From the human T2T-CHM13v2.0 reference genome, Homo sapiens: DNA of 64,000 bases. The notes beneath the pieces are model-generated. The model saw only the letters and a program-made list of their open reading frames with translations. It was not told where the DNA came from and did no database searches. Position numbers and translations under genes: made by a program. This document shows, in pieces, positions 1 through 12,834 of this stretch; within the stretch, counting starts at the first letter, position 1; every line of letters starts with the position of its first letter. The stretch lies in NCBI RefSeq assembly GCF_009914755.1, contig NC_060928.1. One strand, given 5' to 3'.

Positions 1-399
1 TGCAGAGACTCAAGTCCTGTTCCAGTAGTGTTTGAGTATGTTTGATGGAAGATTCCAATGGTGAGCATCTGAATTCTTCGTACATCTTAGAGGGAATGGA
101 GCAGGATGTTATGGCAAAGGAGGGGGTCAGCCCCAAAGGTAGCTGGCCCAACCTTAACTGTGGATGTTAAAAAAAAAAACACACACACACACACACACAC
201 ACCAAATATTTCTATAGCATTCTTTTTGCTGCATTTTCTTTATTTTAAGCCACAGGTCTACTTGGAGGGTCACGCAGCAAGTGGCTTATAAATAAAATCA
301 AAGTCTATGAATAGTGTCATCGCATTAAGAGACAATTGCTGGGTTGTTCTTTCATTATGTAAAAAGCTCGCATCTTGGGAATCCATGAGTTGGTAGGTT
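1..399 (-). other. Probable retrocopied GK 3'UTR running off the window; contains an (A)11(CA)n microsatellite at 169-202
   Basis: Follows the TAA stop directly; no poly(A) tail or TSD is reached inside the window. Confidence 0.6.
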
Positions 400-2061
400 T
401 TATGGAATACCTGAGATGTACCTTGCTCTGATTAACATTGCCATGCTACTCACTATAAAAAAGCCCAAGGGCAGACTACAGAAGACACTAGGGTCACCAC
501 TTTCTGGAGATTGAGTTGTAACCCAACCCATTGACTTCATCACAGCTTTCTTCCATGTAGAATAACGAATTTCACTTTCCTCAGCATTAATCTGAGGTTC
601 AAACCGCTCCATTGTGACGGCGGAGAAATCCTCAGGTTCAAGACTCCATACGACGACTCCTTCTGCAGCCCCTGCCGCCATGGCAGCACCCAATGCAGTG
701 GTTTCGGGCATCAAGGGCTTCACTACTGGAATATACAGAATGTCTGCTTGTAGCTGCATAAGAATTTTGTTGCTGGTCCTTCCTCCATCAACCTGCAAAT
801 GACTGAGTGGAATTCCACAGTCTCAATTCATGGCATCCAAAATCTCTCGAATATGGAAACAAACAGCTTCTAATGCAGCAAAAGCAATATGGCATTTATT
901 GGTAAACTGAGTGAGTCCACAGATTATCCCTCTTGCGCTGGGCTCCCAATAAGGTGCATATAACCCCGAAAATGCTGGGACGAAGTAGCTGCCATAAGAA
1001 GTACCTACTTCTTTAGCAAGTTTTTCAATTTCTTCTGAGGTCTTTATAATTCCAAGATTGTCTCTTAGCCAGCGAATAACAGCACCAGCTATAGCTACAG
1101 AACCTTCCAAAGCATAATATACCGGTTTGTCTCTGCCAAGTTTGTAAGCCATTGTGGTGAGAAGGCCATGATCAGAAAATACACACTTATGGCATGTATT
1201 ACATAGTAAGAAATATCCTGTTCCATACGTATTTTTGGCTTGTCCAATCTGGAAACACATTTGTCCCACCAGTGCAGCAGACTGGTCCCCTGAACACCCA
1301 GATATTGGCACACCTTCCAAGGCCCCAGCTTTCATTAGGCCATAGATCTCAGAAGAACTCCGAACATGTGGAAGAATTTCCGTTGGAATTCCAAAAAATT
1401 CACAGAGTTGTTTATCCCATTCCAAAGAATGAATGTTGAAAAGCATAGTCCTACTTGCATTTGTTACATCTGTACAGTGGACACCTCCATTGACGCCTCC
1501 TGTCAAACTCCAAATAAGCCATGAATCAATAGTCCCAAAAAGAGCTCGTTTTTCTTCAACGGCCTTTTGAACTTTTCTCACATTGTCAAGGAGCCAGCGA
1601 AGTTTCACTGCACTGAAGTAAGTGTTAAGTGGAAGGCCTGTCTTGGACTTGACAAAGTTATTATTTCCTGGAATTCTCTTACTAAGACTCTCAACGGTAG
1701 ACTGTGTTCTTAGTTCAAGCCACACCACAGCATTGTAGAGAGGCTCTCCAGTTATCTTGTCCCAGACTACAGTGGTTTCCCTCTGGTTGCTGACACCAAT
1801 AGCTTTTATGTTGGAAATACCAATATTGAGCTGTCCAAGTTTCTCACATGTTTTCGCTATACACTCATAGACAGAATGTAGAATTTCCTTAGGGTCCTGT
1901 TCCACCCATCCTTCTCTTGGGAACTCTTGTTTTATTTCCACTTGATGATGACTAAGTAGTTCAGCTGTTCTTGAATTGAAAACCAAAAAGCGCGTGGAAC
2001 TGGTGCCCTGGTCCACTGCCCCCACCAATGGCCCCAAAACTGCCTTTTTTGAGGCTGCCAT
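400..2061 (-). pseudogene. GK6P: Processed glycerol kinase pseudogene, 553-codon frame broken by one TGA at codon 413 (823-825)
   Basis: ORFs 823..2061 and 400..798 are in the same frame and joined by TGA GAC TGT GGA ATT CCA ([15 protein letters not shown]). FGGY-kinase motifs [30 protein letters not shown] and ETTALGAA are present, with no introns. Residues NSRTAE, NIGISN, LPHVRS and KPLMPE match GK3P as I recall it. The symbol is recalled, not verified. Confidence 0.93.
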
Positions 2062-2183
2062 GAAACCAGCTTCAGGTCCGCCCGCATTTGCGGCCGGTTT
2101 CCTGGGTGACGGCGGCGGGAGGGGGAGGGGCGAGTGATGAGTCCAAAGAGCGAGGCCGCGCGAGTCCGCTGAACCAGCCTCAC
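2062..2183 (-). other. Retrocopied GC/CpG-rich GK 5'UTR
   Basis: CpG-rich stretch immediately upstream of the ATG, ending abruptly in AT-richer flank; the boundary is approximate. Confidence 0.7.
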
Positions 2184-3469
2184 TTCTTTACTGGCTGGCT
2201 AGCAGGCTACTGCATTCTCTCTGCAGCTCATTTTCTCCCTTGGCCTCCAGGCATACATCTGTCTTTAACACTGAGATTATCTTTCCCTGTGTATTTTGTT
2301 TCTCCTGCCATAAACGCCTTCAGAATCTATACTGTTGGCTCACGTGAGACTCCTTCATAGCTCCTTGTGACTATCATCTTCCCCCCACAAACCCATTCAT
2401 CACCTTAGACTGCAGTTCCAGGGTCTGTTGGACCTTTCTGGTATTTGGAACTCTGGGGTCCCCACCTTGGTTCGGACTAGATGTGTGCCTTCTCATTCTC
2501 TTGTATTTCTTCATAAATCTGTGCTCTTTGGCCCTTGTTCTTCCAGCCAACTCTTGGCCATTCAGCCTAGACCCAGTAGTCAGTCATTTCAAAGCTATTC
2601 TCTTTATGTGCCTGGCATTGCCCACACTGTTGTGTGTGATAGATAACAGGCTCAATACAATTTAACCCTTGCTTATAATCTAACTTTATAGTCCAGTAAC
2701 AATAAACTCACACCCTAATTAAGTATATTTGGAATATGCGTTATTCTCTGTAAAACCAGTTTTTATAACAGTTTCTTCTATAGAAAATTTACTTCAATCA
2801 TTTGCCCACCTTTCTATAATTTAGGCTAGGAATCACTGCTTGGAATAAACATCGGTTAGAATAAACTCGATTTGAATGCCGCCCTCTTGAAAGAAATTAG
2901 TGTTGAGTGAGTGGTTTTAATAATAGTATTACTAGCCTTAGCCATGGGATATGCATGCCAAAGAATAGATGCTGATTATTCAACAGTCTATTGTAATGTT
3001 AATTTACTGATACAGAAGATTCTTCCTTTGGAGAACTGTGAAAGCACTTGATACACAGCACTTTTTAGCTGAAGTTATGCCAACTCAAATGATGCTTCTT
3101 AAAAGAGTTAATTATTTGTATATTCATGCATTCATTATGGTCTTCTTTATTCCTTAGTAAACTACATGCAGTCTCTGCTGTGCCTTGTTGACAGCAATTT
3201 TTTCTAGCTTACATGAGTTAACTGTTTTCAGGTTTCATTAAAACTGCCTTATGTTAATAGAACTGCTGGAGACATACACGGTTTTTTTCTCCTAAAGATT
3301 AATAGTGTTGAAAGTCAAAGAATCACAGAGTATTAATGTTATAGGAAATCTTAGCAGTTATCTAGTCTAACACTTTCATTTTATTAATTAGGAAAATGAA
3401 GACCAGAGATATTTCTGTTTTCCCAAAAACACTTTGTCTGTTAGGGATGAGCTGCTTGTGGATCTAAGA

Positions 3470-4436
3470 TGTGGGGAAAAGCAAGAGAGATCAGATTTTT
3501 ACTGTGTCTGTGTAGAAAGAAGTAGACATAGGAGACTCCATTTTGTTCTGTACTAAGAAAAATTCTTCTGCCTTGAGATTCTGTTAATCTATGACCTTAC
3601 CCCCAACCCCGTGCTCTCTGAAACGTGCTGTGTCAAACTCAGGGTTAAATGGATTAAGGGCGGTGCAAGATGTGCTTTGTTAAACAGATGCTTGACGGCA
3701 GCATGCTCCTCAAGAGTCATCACCACTCCCTAATCTCAAGTACCCAGGGACACAAACACTGCGGAAGGCCGCAGGGACCTCTGCCTAGGAAAACCAGGTA
3801 TTGTCCAAGGTTTCTCCCCATGTGATAGTCTGAAATATGGCCTCGTGGGAAGAGAAAGACCTGACCGTCCCCCAGCCCCACACCTGTAAAGGGTCTGTGC
3901 TGAGGAGGATTAGTATAAGAGGAAGGAATGCCTCTTGCAGTTGAGACAAGAGGAAGGCATCTGTCTCCTGCCCGTCCCTGGGCAATGGAATGTCTCCGTA
4001 TAAAACCGGATTGTATGTTCCATCTACTGAGATAGGGAAAAACCGCCTTAGGGCTGGAGGTGGGACATGCGGGCAGCAATACTACTTTGTAAAGCATTGA
4101 GATGTTTATGTGTATGCATATCTAAAAGCACAGCACTTGATTCTTTACCTTGTCTATGATGCAAAGACCTTTGTTCATGTGTTTGTCTGCTGACCCTCTC
4201 CCTACTATTGTCTTGTGACCCTGACACATCCCCCTCTCGGAGAAACACCCACGAATGATCAATAAATACTAAGGGAACTCAGAGGCTGGCGGGATCCTCC
4301 ATATGCTGAACGCTGGTTCCCTGGGTCCCCTTATTTCTTTCTCTATACTTTGTCTCTGTGTCTTTTTCTTTTCCAAGTCTCTCGTTCCACCTAACGAGAA
4401 ACACCCACAGGTGTGGAGGGGCAACCCACCCCTTCA
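3470..4436 (+). mobile_element. Solo HERV-K(HML-2) LTR, LTR5_Hs-type, 967 bp
   Basis: Starts TGTGGGGAAAAGCAAGAGAGATCAGA and ends CCCACCCCTTCA. TATAAAA at 3999-4005, AATAAA at 4261-4266, TSD TAAGA at 3465-3469 and 4437-4441. Confidence 0.95.
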
Positions 4437-4684
4437 TAAGAGACTACTGTTATTCATACTTTTGCCCTGACTTCTCAAATGGGACTCTGCATTGAGTATA
4501 GAGGAATTATGGAGACCATCATGGCGTTTTAATTTTGTTCAAAAAGGTGCTTGGTGTTTAGAAATCAAATACAAAGGGTACTTTGTACCTTATTACAGGA
4601 TACAAAACAGAACAAATAACATTTGAGACTTATATTGTTGATTTTATTACACTTATTTGGGATGAGGGTCCTAACCTGATGCTC

Positions 4685-4993
4685 TTTTTTTTTTTTTTTT
4701 TTCATTTTTTATTGAGATGGAGTCTCGCTCTGTCACCCAGGCTGGAGTGCAGTGGTGCGATCTCGGCTCAGTGTGAGTGCTGCCTCCCGGGTTCAGGCCA
4801 TTCTCCTGCCTCAGCCTCCTGAGTAGCTGGGACTACAGGCGCCTGCCACCATGCCTGGCTAATTTTTTGTGTTTTTAGTAGAGATAGGGGTTCATGTGTT
4901 AGCCAGGATGGTCTCGATCTCCTGACCTTGTGATCCACCCGCCTCAGCCTCCCAAAGTGCTAGGATTACAGGCGTGAGCCACCGCGCCCAGCC
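4685..4993 (-). mobile_element. Full-length Alu, AluY-like
   Basis: Poly(T) head, dimeric Alu, GTTAGCCAGGATGGTCTCGATCTCC, TSD CTGATGCTCT on both sides. Confidence 0.9.
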
Positions 4994-5749
4994 CTGATGC
5001 TCTCTCTTGACCTGGTATGGCAAATTCTAGGGACTGTCTTTCATTTCATGATTAGCTTATTTTATTTCCTGGAGGGAAATAGAAAAGTTCAATTGCTTTA
5101 GAGAGTAATGAGCATATATGTTAATTATGGAAGGAATGGAATGTATATTCCATATACATATATGGAAGGATGCATATGTATATTATATATTATGTGTGTG
5201 TAGTTTATGTGTTTAACGTATATAGCATATTGATGGCATAGTCTTTACTACCTGGAATTGTTCCCTATTGCAGTTATGGTATTTGTTTAGAGAGAAGCAA
5301 CTGATGATTAAATGTCAGTATAACTATGTTGGGCTTTATTCAGTGGCCAGTGGTGAACTACTGAAGGTAAATTACTAATGTCATAAGCTATGATCCATAA
5401 ACAAAATGACCTGTCAGTATGTGGGTGAAAGGTTGGGAAGCAATAATTGAGGTTGGTAATAGGGTTAGAACTAGTGTAATGAACATAGAGAGGAGGTGAA
5501 TGAAGCAAGATCATAGATATGGGAACTAACTCTGAGTATAAGTAGAGGAAACAGATTAAACTCTGAGATGACCTACCTTTTAGCATTACATTTTAGGTAA
5601 ATTCTTTGTAGGTACATTTTAGTGTGTGCATATTTACAGCAAGTGTGCAGTAGCTGTTGATTTTTACTGTACCTTACTGAGATACAGTAGGATGAAAAAG
5701 AATTCATTCACTGAAACGGAAGAATTTTTCACTTTGGCTGTGTTGCATT

Positions 5750-6206
5750 AGGCTTATATTAACCAAACTGATGCAAAGATGTTAGGCTTTTAGTTGATGG
5801 TATATTCAGTGAGAACCAATTATGTAATCGTGTCCAGAAAGGTGTAAGGTGATTATCCTGTTCTGTTCTGTCCAGATCAGACCATAGCTATGAAATTGAG
5901 TTTATTTTTCGGTTCAGTGTTTTGAGAGAGACTGATGCACTAGAGCCCTGAATTTATAGTCAGGGTGATGATGAAGACCCCAAATCATGTTGTGCAAGCA
6001 GTGGTTGAAGGACATAGGATGGTACAGACCATTGAAGGATAATTTGGGAAAATATAATGCTCTCTGTAAGATTTTGAGGAATTTCATAAGAGACAGATTA
6101 ATTAATCTTGTTCTGTTTATTGTGGTGGCAGAATTATCAGTGTTACAAAATAAGAGTGAAAAAGATTTTAGAGCAACGTACAGAAGAACTTCTAATAGTA
6201 AGTGTT
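5750..6206 (+). mobile_element. Degenerate L3/CR1-like LINE remnant interrupted by THE1
   Basis: Weak resemblance by eye to the CR1 3' region; appears to resume after 7873. Confidence 0.35.
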
Positions 6207-7868
6207 TGTATTAGTCCATTTCCATGCTGCTGATAAAGACATATCCGAGACTGGGCAATTTACAAAAGAAAGAGGTTTATTGGACTTAACAGTTCCACGT
6301 GGCTGGGGAGACCTCACAATCATGGTGAAAGGCAAGGAGGAGCAAGTCATATCTTATGTGGATGGCAGCAGGCAAAGAGAGCTTGTACAAGGAAGCTCCC
6401 ATTTTTAAAACCATCAGATCTCATGATACCTATTCACTATCACGAGAACAGCATGGGAAAGACCCATCCCCATAATTCAGTCGTCTTCCACTGGGTCCCT
6501 CCCACAACACATGGGAATTATGGGAGCTGCAAGATGAGATTTGGTGGAGACACAGAACCAAACTATATCATTCCACCTCTGGCCCCTCCCAAATCTCATA
6601 TCCTCACATTTCAAAACCAATTATGCCTTCCCAACAGTCCCCCAAAGTCTTAACTCATTTTAGCGTTAACTCAGAGGTCCACAGTCCAAAGTCTCATCCC
6701 AGACAAGTCAAGTCCCTTTCGCCTATGAGCCTGTAAAATCAAAGGCAAGTTAGTTACTTCTTAGATACAATTGGGGATACAAGCATTGGGTAAATACAGC
6801 CATTCCAAATGGAAGAAATTGGCCAAAACAAAGGGTCTACAGGCCCCATGCAAGTCTGAAATCCAGTGGGGCAGTCAAATCTTAAAGCTCCAGAATGATC
6901 TCCTTTGACTCCACGTCTCACATCCAGGTGACACTGATGCAAGATATAGGTTCCCACAGTCTTGGGCAGCTCCTACCTCCTGGCTGCCTTCAGGGGCTGG
7001 TGTTGAGTGTCTGTGGCTTTTCCAGGCACATGATGCAGGCTATCAGTGATACCATTCTGGGTTCTGAAGGATGGTGGTCCTCTTCTCACAGCTCCACTAG
7101 GCAGTACCCCAGCAGGGATTCTGTGTGGGGGCTCTGACCCCACATTTCCCTTCTGCACTGCCCTAGCAGAGGTTCCCCATGAGGACCCCGCTCCTGCAGC
7201 AAACTTCTGCCTGGGCATACAGGCATTTTCATACATCTGAAATCGAGGTGGAGGTTACCAAACCTCAATTCTTGACTTCTGTGTACTCACAGGCTCAACA
7301 CCACGTGGAAGCTGCCAAGACTTGAGGCTTGCACCCTTGGAGGCCACGGCCTGAGCTCTATGTTGGCCTGGCCTATGTTTTCTGTCATCTTCTTCTGAGC
7401 TCTCCAAACTGTTCCAACCTCTACCTGTTACTCAGTTCCAAAGTTGCTTCCACATTTCTGGGTATCTTTTCTGCAGCACCCCACTTTACTGGTACCAATT
7501 TACTGTACTAGTTCATTTTCACACTGCTGATAAAGACATATCTGAGACTCGGCAATTTACAAAAGAAAGAGGTTTATTGGACTTAACAGTTCCACATGGC
7601 TGGGGAGGCCTCACAATCATGGTGGAACGTAAGGAGAAGCAAGTCACATCTTACATGGATGGCAGCAGGCAAACAGAGCTTGTGCAAGGAAACTCCCATT
7701 TTTAAAACCATCAGATCTCGTGAGACTCATTGACTATCATGAGAACAGCACGAGAAAGACCTGCCCCCATAATTCAATCATCTCCCACCAGGTCCCTCTG
7801 ACAACACATGGGAATTATGGGAGTTACAAGATGAGATTTGGATGGGGACACAGAGCCAAACCTTATCA
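6207..7868 (-). mobile_element. THE1A-like MaLR provirus: two LTRs (6207-6570, 7504-7868) and a shortened ~930-bp internal region
   Basis: Two ~365-bp direct repeats (TGTATTAGTCCATTT/TGTACTAGTTCATTT ... AACTATATCA/CCTTATCA) and a 5-bp TSD GTGTT at 6202-6206 and 7869-7873. Confidence 0.92.
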
Positions 7869-8186
7869 GTGTTCAAGGATGATGTGACTGTCTTGCCATC
7901 TGTTGATGTGTGTAAACTACAGCCAGATAACCATTTATTGTGAAAATTTTTGAGGTTATGTATACATATTATAGAAGCTGTGCCAGGTGACCTTTCAGAT
8001 CTCTTATACTATTAAATCTTTTGATTTTTATGGCATTACTGAGAAAGAATTAACAGGGTTTATGAAATAATTCACATTAGGGGTTAAAATAGAGTGGGAT
8101 GACGAGGGAAAGGGTAGGTACTTAATGAATTTCATATTTGCAAGATGAAAATGTTAGATCTTTTTCATAACAGTGTGAATATACTA

Positions 8187-8514
<328 letters not shown>

Positions 8515-9754
8515 TAAAAATGGTTACGGTGGTAAATTTTATGTTTTTAATCACATAATAAAAGAGAGGGAGGGAGGCAAGAATCACTGTGACTAAGACT
8601 TCATTCATCCTTGGAATCAGAGTGAAGCCATTAGGACACAAAGGGAACACGGGAGGTCCAGCAGGTGTCTGGAGGAGGTCACTGAAACGGTTTGAAATGT
8701 AGGTATATCCTCATCTTGTTTGCTTGAGGGGGAGCCAGCAGTGAAGTGCAGTATCAATTTAAAGGTTCTCAGATTGGGCAAGATGTTTAACAGTAGCCAA
8801 AGACAGCTTGGCCAGAGGAAGAACTTGATTTATGTTGAGAGGAATATCAACAGACATAGAGAATCTTTATCAAAGTATCAGGCCAAAGAGTGAAGCATAG
8901 CATCAGTGGAAAAATGCACAATGATGAAAAGTCAGACCACAGAACTCAAAACAGGCCAAGGTAAGTGGCCCAAGGTAGTAATTAATGTGAAGGTTTTAGA
9001 GGACTGCTTATATGTGTTACTGGTTTCATGGTGTTTGGGTGGCTCTGTCTTGTTTAAAAGAGCCATGATGATTAGATCATATTCATATGGAGACTAACAG
9101 ACAGCTAGAAATTCAAACATTGGGGTTTGGGGGAGAGATTGGATCTGGAAGCAACAATATTAGGGTAATAAAGATAACTGTGGACAGTAATATACATTAG
9201 ATAGTTAAGACAGAACAAGTGGAGAATCAAAAGGAGGCTGAAGGCAGGCAGGACCATAGTAATACCTAGTTTTAGGGAGGTAAAGGAGGCAGATTCAGTG
9301 GTCAGAAAGGTAGAAAAATATATAGAATCCTAACCAGTAGAGAAGGCCATTAAGCTTAAAATCAGCAGAGAGGTTGAGAAGGACTAATGCCAAGAAAAAG
9401 ACTTCCAAAGAACTATTTCAAGGTAAAATTGAGCCAGAGGCTATGCCATAACATAAATATGTGAGTGTGCATCAGCACGCAGAGGCTTCAGAATTGAGAT
9501 CTGCTCTTGAGAAGTCTGGTGTGGAGGCTGACAAGGTAAGAGAGCGGCCAAACGTAGGGATGTTAACCCAGTGATCTTTCTTTTTTTAGCAGAGCAGGTA
9601 TTTGTCCACTGAAGTCAAGACAGTGACATGCATTGACTGTCTATAGCAACACTTCCTTTCTCACTGGGGAAGGAAAGTAGTTGAATCTAGTTGCTTGTTT
9701 TGTTTTTATTTTTGTTTTTTAATTTTCATCACCAGTGTTTTCAAATGGTTATAA

Positions 9755-10176
9755 ACTTTTAAAAATATTTGTGGTAAAGAACATATAACATGAAATTTAC
9801 CACCTTAGCCATTTTAAGTGTTCCACTCAGTAGTGTCATGTGTAAGTACTTGCTTTATTGTGAAACAGATCTCTAGAACGTCTTCATTTTGCAAAACTGA
9901 AACTCTGTACCTTTTAAACAACTTGTCTTTTCCACTTTCCACTGTCCCTGGCAAGTATTATTATACTTCCTGTTTCTATAAATTTGACTCCTTTAGATAC
10001 CTCATATTAGTGGAATCATACAGTATTTTTTTATTTTTGTGACTGGCTCACTACACTTAGCATAATGTTCTCAAGCTTCAACCATGTTGCATTGTGACAG
10101 GATTTCCTTCCTTTTTAAGGAATTGTATGTATATATAGTGTATGTATATACCAATTTCATTTATCCATTCATTAAT
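9755..10176 (-). mobile_element. Old L1M 3'-end fragment, truncated at the CIC junction
   Basis: Antisense L1M motifs (CATATTAGTGGAATCATACAGTATTT, CACTTAGCATAATGTTCTCAAG, TTATCCATTCAT). Confidence 0.7.
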
Positions 10177-12716
<2,540 letters not shown>

Positions 12717-12834
12717 TTCGGGCTTGGTGCAGAAACTCACTCCAAATAAATTACCTACCAAAATATTTATATAATGATGGAAATATTCCAAAATTCCATA
12801 TTTTGGGATTTATACACAAAAGATAAAAAAATTA

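Noticed and set aside
400-798. 132-aa ORF as a separate gene
   Set aside because: It starts at TTG and is simply the in-frame GK C-terminus after the premature stop.
823-828. Programmed read-through or selenocysteine at the GK TGA
   Set aside because: Context is TGA-GAC, not TGA-CTAG; it sits at an Arg CpG codon and no SECIS was recognised, so deamination is the simpler explanation.
3720-4248. ORFs in the HERV-K LTR
   Set aside because: Solo LTR with no PBS or gag/pol/env; these are chance antisense frames.
6290-7615. PRDM9 hotspot motif in the THE1A LTRs
   Set aside because: The LTRs read TCTCCCCAGCCAC and CCTCCCCAGCCAT; both lack the CCTCCCT core.
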